A DNA stretch of 43,565 bases, from contig NW_024705450.1 of assembly GCF_018977255.1 (NCBI RefSeq), positions 1-43,565 on the forward strand, read 5' to 3'. Positions 23,101-33,296 of this stretch are shown here, piece by piece. Position 1 is the stretch's first letter; each line of letters begins with the position of its first letter. This stretch comes from Callorhinchus milii (Eukaryota). The notes beneath the pieces are model-generated. The model made no database searches. It was not told where the DNA came from and was given only the letters and a program-made list of their open reading frames with translations. Made by a program: the position numbers and the translations under genes.

Positions 23101-23947
23101 AGTGGTAATAGAGACGCAGGCTTTGTCCGCTTTTTATTGACTACAGCATAATGCTTCACAAGAAGCCAATTACTTCATTCATTGATCGGAGATCATATAT
23201 TTTGAAGTATTTAGCATGAGACTTAAAGCTATTTGGACCTTGTAGCTGACCCCTATGAATAAAACTAATACACCTCAAGGCTGTAACTTTTGGGAACTCT
23301 CATGAGCAAAATCTTGATTCGGTTTGTGCCGAATTTCAGTCGGTCACCATCCTCTGTGTTTATTAGACACATTCTTACATATTTTTTCCATATTACTAAT
23401 CTCAAATATACCATGGAATCATGTCAACATCCTCCTTTCATGCAACTATAAATTCCTCCATTCAAGAGCACGGGGCAATGACGAGATTGTATTCACTGCA
23501 GAGCAGGGTGAAGCCATCAACTCGCTACGAGAGCTATATTGTGTTTCTAAAGCTGGTGGTGGTTCAAATTGTGGCCGTTGTGTAGGTGATGATGTTATAG
23601 AGATTCGGGAAGAGAATATAATCTTGTGAAGGTGGTATTGGGAATTGCGACAACCCGCTGGTGCTTGTGACGTTGACATTCGTGGCGCTTGTGACAAAGC
23701 TATTGGTGGTGGCGACGGTGTGTGATGATGGTATTGGTGACGGTGGTCGTGGCAACGTGCGTGTGCGAGCACGAACCACCAGCACGACATCGCAGAACTT
23801 GCGGTGTCGCCGGAGCACGCTGATGGCCTCCAGGGTGATGCGTGGATGCTTCTCGGACACGTAGACCATGCGCGCCGGTGTAGGCAACACGCCCTCGGGC
23901 AGGGCGTTGGGGTCCCCGCCGCCGCTCGATCGGCTCGTCACGTCCAT
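8053..23947 (-). CDS. KLHL20: Kelch-like protein 20 (BTB-BACK-6xKelch CUL3 adaptor); spliced CDS join(23947-23777, 22928-22758, 21701-21495, 19077-18919, 16861-16767, 14422-14307, 13934-13751, 11866-11723, 10945-10812, 10006-9798, 9088-8982, 8137-8053), 593 aa
   Basis: Translated exons read MDVTSR...[25 protein letters not shown]...[20 protein letters not shown]...[22 protein letters not shown]...[10 protein letters not shown], matching vertebrate KLHL20 as I recall it. All junctions are GT-AG with compatible phases; total 1782 nt. Confidence 0.95.
8499..8590 (-). pseudogene. 5S rRNA-derived pseudogene or SINE3 head
   Basis: Reverse complement gcctttggccaaatcacatggaaagtgcccgatttaatccgatcttggaagctgagc...gtgcttgaatgggtgacc aligns to the first ~90 nt of 5S rRNA. 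Confidence 0.75.
8655..8755 (+). mobile_element. L2/CR1-group LINE 3' fragment
   Basis: Translates to WN.LPSDIR and [18 protein letters not shown] motifs. Confidence 0.6.
8982..9088 (-). CDS. KLHL20: KLHL20 coding exon 11 ([35 protein letters not shown])
   Basis: cag|GTG...AG|gtaggc, 107 nt. Confidence 0.92.
9798..10006 (-). CDS. KLHL20: KLHL20 coding exon 10 ([10 protein letters not shown]...MNTRRNA)
   Basis: cag|TG GAG...GCA|gtacgt, 209 nt. Confidence 0.92.
10812..10945 (-). CDS. KLHL20: KLHL20 coding exon 9 (YDPKENKW...SPLDT)
   Basis: tag|A TAT...G|gtctct, 134 nt. Confidence 0.92.
11066..11499. mobile_element. Non-autonomous DNA transposon (MITE) nested in a SINE
   Basis: Perfect 12-bp TIR CACTGGTCAACA/TGTTGACCAGTG, TTA on both sides; the SINE resumes across it. 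Confidence 0.85.
11723..11866 (-). CDS. KLHL20: KLHL20 coding exon 8 ([14 protein letters not shown]...NIVE)
   Basis: cag|C TAC...AG|gtgcgt, 144 nt. Confidence 0.93.
12505..12790 (+). mobile_element. L2 LINE ORF2 fragment
   Basis: [18 protein letters not shown]...[15 protein letters not shown]...[19 protein letters not shown]. Confidence 0.75.
13410..13690 (-). mobile_element. tRNA-derived SINE, near full-length copy of the dominant local family
   Basis: A/B-box-like head (ggttagcg, gagttcgtttcc) and shared body. Other copies at about 9580-9727, 10625-10715, 11015-11630, 13955-14015, 16873-17170, 25285-25470. Confidence 0.8.
13751..13934 (-). CDS. KLHL20: KLHL20 coding exon 7 (Kelch: [11 protein letters not shown]...NSVE)
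   Basis: cag|TG GGT...CG|gtgcgt, 184 nt. Confidence 0.93.
14100..14290 (-). mobile_element. V-SINE-like tRNA-derived SINE
   Basis: ggttcgatcccg B-box and gagtttgcatgtgtctctccccc...ccagtttttcccctgcaca; related copies at about 10495-10620 (+) and 19285-19400 (+). Confidence 0.6.
14307..14422 (-). CDS. KLHL20: KLHL20 coding exon 6 ([12 protein letters not shown]...GEVLFA)
   Basis: aag|A GAC...G|gtgagc, 116 nt. Confidence 0.92.
14521..15605. mobile_element. Tc1/pogo-type MITE
   Basis: TIR CAAGAATCCCCCACGATA/TATCGTGGGGGATTCCTG with TA TSD; related end at about 22430-22492. Confidence 0.75.
16767..16861 (-). CDS. KLHL20: KLHL20 coding exon 5 ([31 protein letters not shown])
   Basis: tag|GTG...AG|gtagcc, 95 nt; not in the ORF track, read by hand. 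Confidence 0.92.
17781..17824 (-). ncRNA. Minimal type-I hammerhead motif, cleavage triplet changed to GUG
   Basis: CAC CTGATGA C GGAAGC ttgtgtt GCTTCC GAAAC GTG GTG. Confidence 0.65.
18919..19077 (-). CDS. KLHL20: KLHL20 coding exon 4 (BACK: VMESEEF...RPQLPQ)
   Basis: cag|GTA...CAG|gtgcct, 159 nt. Confidence 0.93.
19805..20427. mobile_element. Fold-back MITE with long internal inverted arms
   Basis: About 20025-20150 is inverted at about 20237-20365; family copies at about 16919-17010, 18455-18712, 26850-27013. Confidence 0.7.
19856..20024 (-). mobile_element. Penelope-like-derived fold-back retroelement with truncated hammerhead
   Basis: 15-bp TSD AACAGGTGTTAAGAT (19841-19855, 20025-20039); inverted tail piece. 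Confidence 0.7.
20966..21006 (+). ncRNA. Minimal type-I hammerhead ribozyme motif
   Basis: TAC CTGAAGA C GGACGC ttgtgtt GCGCCC GAAAC GTC GTG. Confidence 0.65.
21358..21475. repeat. Minisatellite (ggctgtgtgctgtgctct-type units)
   Basis: Tandem 11-18 bp units. Confidence 0.85.
21495..21701 (-). CDS. KLHL20: KLHL20 coding exon 3 (ITVEECNVQ...QHNFQE)
   Basis: cag|ATC...GAG|gtggcc, 207 nt. Confidence 0.93.
22550..22637 (-). pseudogene. Degenerate 5S rRNA-derived sequence
   Basis: Reverse complement contains gactgatctt...aagcagggttg...gcctggatagtgcttggat. Confidence 0.5.
22758..22928 (-). CDS. KLHL20: KLHL20 coding exon 2 ([16 protein letters not shown]...DFAYTAQ)
   Basis: cag|GTG...CAG|gtgatg, 171 nt. 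Confidence 0.93.
23777..23947 (-). CDS. KLHL20: KLHL20 coding exon 1 (MDVTSR...CDVVLV)
   Basis: ATG at 23947, acceptor CAG just upstream (exon start about 23961), donor GTTCGT. An upstream coding extension is not excluded. Confidence 0.88.
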
Positions 23948-25488
23948 GGCTCGCGGCACTGCTGCGCACGCAAAGTCAAGGCGAGAATCGGTCACAAGAA
24001 TTGGCCGTGGAGACATTGACACATTTTTATCAGGAATTGTAACAAAAGGGAAAAAGCTGTCGACAAGCATTGAATGGTAGTCATCTTGGTCGAGAGTCAT
24101 GAGCCTGTGATAGAACATCTACACTCCCCTGGTGGGGACCAGTCCATCCACTTTCATGAACACTTTATTCTTATTGTAACATTTCATTGGCAGGGGCCAG
24201 TCTCCCGATAAGACAATCTGTATCGGCTTAAAAGTGGCAGTCATTATGAATGCAACAGAAAATGTTTCTCAAGTCCAACTCCAACTCGGTGAAACTGCAA
24301 CTCCCAAGTGAATTTGAACTCGCAACTTCTGATTGTGAGTTGAGTGCTCTATAAACACTGCGCCGCCCAGCGAGATTCATATCCTGTGCTGTTATCCTCG
24401 ACAATCCAATACCCAACTTGGAGTTAACCGAGTATTATTTTAATTTGATTTGAGTTAGACGTTGACCAATCGCAGTCATCATCCCTAAGGGGGTCAATAA
24501 AATTTGTACCATTTTTGAGTGAAATAAACAGTGGCCATTCTACAGAGACTGGTCTCTGCCATAGTTCTCTCCCCTGGCTCAGGATTAAACAAAAGCACCA
24601 AAAACCATGTTAAGGTCCACTGAATTTACTTCCTTTTCACAGACAGTTGCCCAGACATCTCGCAGAATTAGTACTACTGTATAATACATCTCGCCGGGCT
24701 CAACAGGGAATAAGGCATTGACTTGACAGCACACGACTATTTCGTAATTATTTTCATGTTAGAATGCTCGATTGCTGCTTTGTCGCTAAGCAGCAGTCCA
24801 ACCGCATAGAAATGTGCCAACTTGGCATCTACTAGAGCCAAAACCGAGGCTTTCACAGTCACTCCTGGATTGTTATGCCACGTGCAGTGAAACATTGCAA
24901 AGGTTTTGTGACAAGCAGACAGTGCAGGCAAGTGAGGCATGTGAATGAATAAAGAATGCTTGTGGTACGGTGCTGTTGGCACACCTGTGGAGGAAATCGT
25001 TCTCCTATAACACGGTAGTTGCGTTCGTGAAGAACACTGGGTTGTGGAAAAATTGCGTTGTAATAAATACTATATAATATAGGGTAAAGCACAGCCCGCA
25101 ATAACACGTGAGATGCATACGCAAGCTCAACTAACACTGAGGCGTGTAGGTAGCATCTAGAAGCATTCAGCAGCATCCCGCCTTGTGTGATGCCACGCCG
25201 AGGCATACGTACAACAGCTTGTTCCTCTCAATTGCTTTATATACAACTAGCTGTACTACCCGGCTTCGCCCGGGAACTTGGATTCACCACGCCCGGCCGC
25301 CTTTGTCTCCCCAGTGACGATGTTCACACACCACACCAGTTACTCGTTTGAGGCTGAGTCGACCTAGGGGAGGCCCAGGTCCGGTTCAAATAATCGTCAC
25401 CGGTGGTGGCCGTGAGTGGGAATGGAACTCGGGTCGCCGGGTTCGTAGCGTGGCGCGCTAACCACGACACTACAATGCGTTACGCTTC

Positions 25489-25675
25489 CGTTGTAGGATT
25501 TGTGTGAGGCGCGCCGATCCGCTGTAGGGTTTTAGTGAGGCGTGCCGATCCGTTGTAGGGTTTGTGTGAGGCGTGCCGATCTGTTGTAGGGTTTTAGTGA
25601 GGCGCGCCGATCCGTTGTAGGGTTTTAGTGAGGCGCGCCGATCCGTTGTAGGGTTTTAGTGAGGCGCGCCGATCC
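25489..25675. repeat. 31-bp tandem repeat, about 6 copies
   Basis: cgttgtagggttttagtgaggcgcgccgatc. Confidence 0.9.
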
Positions 25676-26086
25676 CCCGCGATACAATAATGCTGTGTAA
25701 TCGCTATAATTTTATGATTTACCGAGCCTATAATAGAATTGCACACATTGTGGTGGCGGGGGAGTGAAGAGGACGTGTAACTTTGATGAATTTACCTCAG
25801 AGTCGCGTGGTGGGTGTCGAGGCCTAGCACCGTGCAGAGCCTCCGGCCTCGCCTGATTTTGGCACCCGGCTGACGCTGGGTACGGGTGCCGTTCCCCCCC
25901 CCCCCGCGCTACAATAATACAGTCTAATCGCTATAATTTTATAATGTACCGACCCTATAATAGTAATTGCACACATTGTGGTGGGGGGGGAGTGAAGAGG
26001 ACGTGAAACTTTGATGAATTTACGTCAGAGTCGCGTGTTAATGCGTGCGCCTATTTTAAAGGGGAATTAAAAATGGCGTCCACCCC

Positions 26087-26300
26087 GCGCCGAAGGCGTC
26101 GCTACCCGTTGGCAGGGGCAACCGCCGTCCAATGAAAGCGGCGAAGGCGTGGCTACCCGTTGCCAGGGGCAACCGCCGTCCAATGAAACTGCAGCCCGCG
26201 GCGAAGGCGTCGCTACCCGTTGCCAGGGGCAACCGCTGTCCAATGAAAGCGGCGATGGCGTCGCTACCCGTTGCCAGGGGCAACCGCCGTCCAATGAAAC
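26087..26300. repeat. About 48-60 bp tandem repeat, 4 copies
   Basis: gcggcgaaggcgtcgctacccgttgccaggggcaaccgccgtccaatgaaa. Confidence 0.9.
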
Positions 26301-26689
26301 TGCGTATGGTCCGGCGACACACACACACAGACAGACAGACAGATTCGCGATTTTATATATATATAGATTTTACTTAAATCTATTTAATTATAAAACCTTA
26401 ATATTATACATTCACTCTCTCTCTCTCATACGATACGTATTATGGTGTTCTACACTCACCAATGACAGTAGTATCTTGAGACTTGACTCCAGTAATGACG
26501 ACGACGACGACAATGACGATGACAATGACGACGATGACAGACCTGTGCAGTTCGATGAATGTGATGATGAATGATGATGATGATGGTGTTACTGCACAGG
26601 TATAATGAGGCCTTTAAATCAGTTTGAAAAATCCGCGATGCACTGAGGCCGCGAAACTTGAACCGCGAAGTGGCGAGGGATTACTAGTA

Positions 26690-27332
26690 CAGTGAAACCT
26701 TGGATTGCGAGCATAATTCGTTCCTGAAACGTGCTCGTAATCCAAAGCACTCGTATATCAAAGCGAACTTCCCCATAAGACAAAATGGAAACTCAAGACG
26801 ATTCGTTTCACAACCCAAAAAAAATTCATACAAAAATTATTCGTTACAAAATACTGATAGGTTTTTTCCCCTTTTTTTGGCAACAAAACTGACACCTTTT
26901 GCAAGGAATCATGCTTACATTAACCTTGCAAAAGGTGTCAGTTTTGTTGCCAGAAAAAAAAGGGGAAAAAAACCTATTAGTATATTTTGGTACGGGCAAA
27001 GGAGGTCCCATGATGACATTACAAAATACTGTACCTTTTTTAAAATTTGTATTTAAATGTAATATAAAGTAATCAAATGTATCCATTAAATGTAATCGTG
27101 GAGATGAGAGAGAGGAGATGAGTGGAGGAGAGGATGGTGATTGTGTAGGACTACTTTCACTGTCACTAACGGAACCACTGCCATCGCTGAGCTCACTGGG
27201 ATCTGTTTGTGCGACTTTAACAATGAAACTTCTCCTATTGCAAGACCTCGCTGGTTGATCAATATATTTGTTTTAATTGCTTATCTTGCAAAACACTCGA
27301 GACCAAGTTAATCACAATCCAGGGTTTCACTG
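26690..27332. mobile_element. Tigger/pogo-like MITE
   Basis: TIR CAGTGAAACCTTGGATTG/CAATCCAGGGTTTCACTG, TA on the left; a fold-back element is nested at about 26850-27013. Confidence 0.75.
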
Positions 27333-27377
27333 CACGTAGGCCCCGGCAAGGTAAGGTAAAAGTTAAAAGGTAAAAAT

Positions 27378-27822
27378 TAACCCGTAAAACAAAGTTTTTC
27401 ACTATAAATCCTTTATATGCGTGGCATCGGTTTTATTTTATTATTCATTTCAGTTTTTCTTGAGTAAGAGTTTCATTTTTATCACATTGGTATTTTAAAT
27501 TAAATATAAGGAAAGTCGTATATAAGGATTATAAGGTTTTCAGTTTTTGTATGATTGTTTATATTGTACTTTTTTGTTGTTTTCTTGAATAATTTTCTGT
27601 GTTTAGGAAAAATATACGATTGTGTTAGTGAAAATTTTTTTCCTAAAAAGTGGAAAATTTTGGAAAAAATGTTTCACGAAAATAAATTGTCACGCACAAC
27701 GAGTCTGTGTGCAAAATGTCAGCTCGATTGGATCACGGGAAGTGGGTTAAAAAACGACCGAAAGATTTGCACGGTCGTAAGCGCGCAAGCAAGCAAGTGA
27801 ACTTAATATAAAGGATTTAAAA
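27378..27822 (+). repeat. Interspersed repeat (Helitron/Helentron-like); inverted copy at about 39915-40243
   Basis: Shared aacccg...atcctttatatgcgtggc 5' part and ...gggaagtgggttaaaaaacgaccg...caagcaagtgaacttaatataaaggatt 3' part. Confidence 0.65.
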
Positions 27823-27833
27823 ATATATCAATT

Positions 27834-28033
27834 TTCTTTTAGATTTGAAGCTTTCGTAACTGCAAGGATTCATACTCTTAGGTTTTTTCGGTAAAGTCAC
27901 GTAGGAAAAAAATAAGAAAAATATAATAATAAATGAAAAATAACTAAATTACATCACAATTGAGTTATTTTTCGTTTATTATAATTTTATAACTTTTCTT
28001 ACCTACGTAGTTTTACCGAAAAAAACCTAAGAG
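27834..28033. mobile_element. Same family, fold-back copy without the hammerhead core
   Basis: 10-bp TSD TATATCAATT (27824-27833, 28034-28043); similar copy at about 29445-29632. Confidence 0.6.
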
Positions 28034-28696
28034 TATATCAATTATCTGTATACCGATTAAATCTAGTTTAGTTTTATCTGTATATGGATAACACGTAGTT
28101 TAGCTGTATCTGTATATCGATAAACAATATCGTGTTTTCATGTTATCTGTATATAGATAACGAATTAGTTAAGTTGAATATGTATTTATAAAACATGTCA
28201 ATGATGGTTTTACCTTTCCTCTACTTTGCGTGGCGGTGACGCTGATTCTGCCGAGTTGTTGAACTCAGCAGCAGCAGAAGGAGCAGTGCAGATGGAGGGT
28301 GGCATGTGATGTCGATCTGAATGTCACTTCTATTTACGATGGAGATGTGTCACGACGACCCTATCATCGTAAGTCGAAAATATCGTAAGTCGAAGATGGC
28401 CTCTAGCCTAGCCAGGAGTCTTACAGGGTGGTGGTAATCTAGCAAAACAGAGCAAGTTACAGTAGCGTACTGTATAGACTATATCCTGTGTGTTTTATTA
28501 ATTACAAGACTGTATTGCACAGTACATTTAAAGTAAAAAAACCAAGGTAAATTCTTAGCCTACCTATATGAACTGCAAATTAATATGAAGTTTGTTCAGG
28601 AAACAATCCTATCTGCTAGAAAAATAAACTTTTAGCATGCATTGAACGTATCGTATCGTGGTAACATTGAAATGAAATCGCTAAAGCTACGTATCA

Positions 28697-29042
28697 TAGT
28701 GTAGTGTATAGTGTAGTGTATAGTGTAGTGTATAGTGTAGTGTATAGGTAGTGTATAGTAATAGTGTAGTGTAGAGTTTAGTGTAGTGTGTAGTGTAGTG
28801 TATAGCGTAGTGTATAGTAATAGTGTAGTGTATAGTAATAGTGTAGTGTGTAGTGTATATTAGTGTGTAGTAGTAATAAATCGCTCAAGCTACGTATAGT
28901 GTAGTGTATAGTGTAGTGTATAGTGTAGTGTATAGTAATAGTGTAGTGTAGTGTATAGTAATAGTGTAGTGTATAGTAGTGTAGTGTATAGTGTAGTGTA
29001 TATTAGTGTGTAGTAGTAAATAAAATCGCTCAAGCTACGTAT
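28697..29042. repeat. (GTGTATA/GTGTA)n simple repeat with interspersed aaatcgctcaagctacgta units
   Basis: Direct reading. Confidence 0.9.
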
Positions 29043-30092
29043 CATAAATGCATTCACCGTGGCCAATTACAGCCAACGTTAGTTGAGCGTGGACAATTCG
29101 ACCCAAGCCGAAACATAACATTTACAAAAGAATGTTTTAAAATATATTTTTTTTTTTTTAATGATAGAATATAGTGTTGTCATCAGTATGACGTAAGTAT
29201 ACCAAGTTTGCAGTCGATGCCACATTGGGAAGTGGGTTAAAATTGACTTTCAAGATTTGAGGATACAACAACGACAACAACAACAACGTGTAAAATTGGA
29301 ATCATCGAGAGTATCTATATGAACAAAGCGCTCTACCTACAGCATGTACCGCTATAACCTTGTGCATGTGTAGTAGTACCCCAGTAATTACCCTGTAATC
29401 GGATTATTTGTATGGGGTAAGGGTAAAAGTAGGCTCATTGTTTTTCTTACTCTTAAGTTTTTTTCGGTAAAGTCACGTAGGTTAAATAAGAAAAATAAAA
29501 TAATAATACGTGAAAATAAGTCGATGTATTTTTATTTTATTATAATTTTTTTATTTTTTTACCGACGCGATTTACCGAAAAACAACCCGCTAAGAGTATG
29601 AACCCTTGCAGTCACGAAAACTTCAAATCTAGAATCGCTGCTTTTCCCTTTAACCTCCACCTTGCCGAGGCCTACACGCACACACTCACCCCCCACTCGC
29701 TCGCTCACTCACCCACACAGCAGGAGGATGAGGTGGAGGTGGTGGTGATGAGAGGCTTGCCTGGTGAGGTGTCAGTCCCAGCACCACAGCAATGGTGGAG
29801 CAGCAGTTGCCCAGCAAGAACCCAGCCAGCACCCAGCAGCTTGACTGCAGCAGCGTCTGTGTCCAGGGCTCCGTGTAGACTCAGCCTGTTGACTCAACAC
29901 GCCCCTTGCCAAGGGCTGGCTCGACTCTGGCGAATAGTCGATGGTTCCCGCTGAGCTGTGCGGATTTAAGTTTCACAATCATGGAATGCGTTGCGCAATA
30001 CCCACGTCTAGAGTCAACATCGCGTAGGGTAGACTCTATCTACTGCTGGGTGAGGAGGAGGGGTACAGGGGGGTGCGGGGGGTGCAGGGGGG

Positions 30093-30905
30093 GCAGTGTT
30101 GAGTCTATGGTGCAGTGTTGAGTCTATGGTGCAGTGCTGAGTCTGTGGGCACGTGTTGAGTCTATGGGCAGTGTTGAGTCTATGTGTAATGTTGAGTCTA
30201 TGGGTAGTGTTGAGTCTATGGTGCAGTGCTGAGTCTGTGGGCACGTGTTGAGTCTATGGGCAGTGTTGAGTCTATGGACACGTATTGAGTCTATGGACAG
30301 TGTTGAGTCTATGGTGCAGTGTTGAGTCTATGGACACGTATTGAGTCTATGGACAGTGTTGAGTCTATGGTGCAGTGCTGAGTCTGTGGGCACGTGTTGA
30401 GTCTATGGGCAGTGTTGAGTCTATGGTGCAGTGTTGAGTCTATGGGCACGTGTTGAGTCTATGGGCACGTGTTGAGTCTATGGTGCAGTGCTGAGTCTAT
30501 GGGCAGTGTAGAGTCTATGGGTAACAGTGTTGAGTCTATGGTGCAGTGTTGAGTCTATGGGTAGCAGTGTTGAGTCTATGGGTAACAGTGTTGAGTCTAT
30601 GGGCACGTGTTGAGTCTATGGACAGTGTTGAGTCTATGGTGCAGTGTTGAGTCTATGGGCAGTGTTGAGTCTATGGGCAGTGTTGAGTCTATGGGCAGTG
30701 TTGAGTCTATGGGCAGTGCTGAGTCTATGGGCAGTGTTGAGTCTATGGGCAGTATTGAGTCTATGGGCAGTGTTGAGTCTATGGCAGTGTTGAGTCTATG
30801 GTGCAGTGTTGAGTCTATGGGCAGTGTTGAGTCTATGGGCAGTGTTGAGTCTATGGGCAGTGTTGAGTCTATAGTGCAGTGTTGAGTGTATGGGCAGTGT
30901 TGAGT
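30093..30905. repeat. 18-21 bp minisatellite (gcagtgttgagtctatgg)n
   Basis: About 40 tandem units. Confidence 0.95.
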
Positions 30906-31567
30906 TTATGGTGCAATCACTGCAGGCCAAGTGCCAGTATCATGACCAACTCGGGCATTGAAGTTGCCCAACAAGATGACTCTATCCCGAGGGGCCACTT
31001 TAGCTAACACCTGTGACAGGTCATAGAAGGCATCTGACTCATCGGCCTTGCCTGCATCCCTCCACGGATGTTCGTCTTCAGTGGGGGCATAAGTAACCAC
31101 GACCACCACTCCTCGCCTCTGGTTGATGGGAAGGCGAGCCCACAGTAGCCTGGGGCTTACAGCTTCCCACACCTCACCACCACGCTCCCGCAACCCCTTG
31201 TTTTGTTCAGAAGAGCCAGACCCTGTTGTTTGGCAGTCTCATGCCCCGAGAAGAGGACTGTCCACCCCTCATGGTGGCAGGAGCCTGAGCCGGTCCACCG
31301 GACCTCCTGAATACCACAGAGATCCAGGCGGTACTGGTCCAGCTCCCGACAGAGGGGTGGCATACTCTCCTCCGCAGTGAGCGTTCGAACATTCCACGTG
31401 GCCACCCGCAGTGGTTTTTTATTGTTTCTGGAGGAGCCCCGAGGGTAAGGATTCAGTCTCCTGGCTCCGCCAAATGGGGTTTGGCCAGTAGACGTCATAA
31501 GTGCCTGTCCCCACGGCTCCTCCGGGACAAGCTGAATTAGATATTTTGCAGGTCGCTTTGTGGTCAT
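30906..31567 (-). mobile_element. RTE-clade LINE 5' part (AP endonuclease), truncated at the satellite
   Basis: LRVATWNVRTL, LCGIQEVRW, TYAPT, ILLGNFNARVG. Confidence 0.88.
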
Positions 31568-31768
31568 GAATTGAAGGTGGAGAGATTACCAGCCCCTCAC
31601 ACCTGACCAGAGCCCCCATTTGGCCGCTGCGGTGTTTACAAACGCCATGAGGGGAATGGCGAATTTAAGTTGGCCCTCCCCCCACGGCACTGCCCATCAC
31701 AGCGTTGCTGTCCGGCACGAACGAGGTAGGGGGTTGTTTTGCCGGACAACAACAATCGCCATTCGCCA

Positions 31769-33266
31769 CTAAGTGGCGGTGACTTCACCACGACGCTTGT
31801 GCCAGGCCATGTGCACCTTGAGGCCACGTGAAGTGTCGAATGCCCGCTGGCAGGAGGTCACGGGGCAGACCCAGGTGCCATGGGTCGACTGACCAAGATG
31901 ACTGAGATGACTGGCTGATGCACCACCTGTGCCCCCTACTGTGCCAACTTGCTGTGCTTTAGCCACCCGGCGCTCCGCTCGTTGTTGTGAGCGTCGCTCC
32001 TCCGCGCTCCGTTGTTGTTGGAGGGCGACTGCCTCCAACTGCCCAGTAGAGTCCTTCACGAGCCTCCTCCACAGAGGCCGATCTTGACACTGCTGGTACC
32101 AGTCATCGGCAAGTCCACTCAGCTCCACGTCCTCCTGTACCACATCACTCCATCTCTTCTCTAGCCCGTGCCGTGCCCGTTTAGCCCCTCGATCCGGCCG
32201 AACAAAAGCTGTTTAGGCATGTGGCTGGGCATGCGGGCTACATGACCCAGCCAACGCAGCCTTGCCTGCCGGAGGAGCTCACCGATGGGACTTTGCCCAG
32301 ATCTTTCAAGGATTTGTGAGTTCCTCACACAATCCAGCCTGGTTAAACCCAGGATGGATCGTAGGCAGGCCAGCCTAAATGTTTCCAACCGGCGAAGATG
32401 CTCCATTAGGGGGGTCCAACTTTCGCAAGCGTAGAGAAGGGAGGGAATGACTGTGGCCGAGAAGACCTGAAGCTTCGTGCGGAGCGACAGACCAGGTAGC
32501 TTCCACACAGCGTTACGCAACCGATGAAAAGATATTGCCGCTCGACTGATTCGGAGTGAGACCTCTGCTGATAAACTGGAGCCGGTCATAAGCACACTGC
32601 CCAGGTATGGGAAACTCTCCACTCTCTCCACAACTGCCCCATCACCAATTGGGAGTTGTGGGGGTGGAGTGTCCGATGGTACAAAATACCCAGGCAGGTG
32701 CTTAGTTTTGGTGGGGCTGATGGTAAGGCCCCACCTCTTAGTGGCACGCTCCAGTCTCAGCAGCAGCGTCTCCAACTCCTCTTCTGAATGAGCAGCTATT
32801 ACCAAATCATCGGCATACATAACGTGGTTGACCAATAGGGAGCCATCCCTTGATCGCACCCGGGCATCGATCAGCCTCCCATTATATCTGTACCAAATGG
32901 AAATTCCCCCGGTACAGCTATTGAAGGCTTCACGAACTACGCGGTCAAAATAGATGTTAAATAATGTGGGAGCCAGAGGACATCCCTGTCGCACCCCAAG
33001 GTGTACAGGGAAAGGCTCCGACTCCCGGCCACGTAGTTTTACCCGGGCCCGCTCACCATCATGAAGGTCCTTAATGATCGTGAGCAGAGGGTCAGGGACT
33101 CCGAAAGCACGAAGAACAACCCAGAGCCCAGTCCTACTGATGGTATCATAGGCCTTGACCAGGTCAATAAAGCAGAGATGTAGGTCTTTTTGGAATTCCC
33201 TACACCTTTGCTGTAGCAGACGGACAGAAAAAATGCCATCTGTGCAGGACCGCCCTTTCCTGAAAC
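31769..33266 (-). mobile_element. RTE-clade LINE, RT plus C-terminal C2H2 finger (frameshifted; cut by the N gap)
   Basis: FRKGRSCTDGIF, FIDLVKAYDTI, GVRQGCPLAPTLFN, YADD, RLRWLGHVARM, CPVTSCQRAFDTSRGLKVHMAWH. Confidence 0.9.
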
Positions 33267-33296
33267 NNNNNNNNNNNNNNNNNNNNNNNNNNNNNN
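33267..33296. other. Assembly gap or masked run (30 N)
   Basis: Run of N. Confidence 0.98.

Larger units (their letters stand above)
25247..26367 (-). mobile_element. Non-autonomous Helitron with captured SINE head and internal tandem repeats
   Basis: On -: A|TC start, (CTGT)n microsatellite, 3' hairpin CCCGG-GCGAAG-CCGGG, then CTAG|T; no TSD. Confidence 0.8.

Noticed and set aside
23948..24118. N-terminal extension of the 184-aa ORF upstream of MDVTSR
   Set aside because: No KLHL20 similarity and it crosses a splice acceptor at about 23962; probably intronic read-through
30093..30905. CRISPR-like look of the gttgagtctatgg array
   Set aside because: Contiguous 18-21 bp units without unique spacers, no cas genes, eukaryotic context
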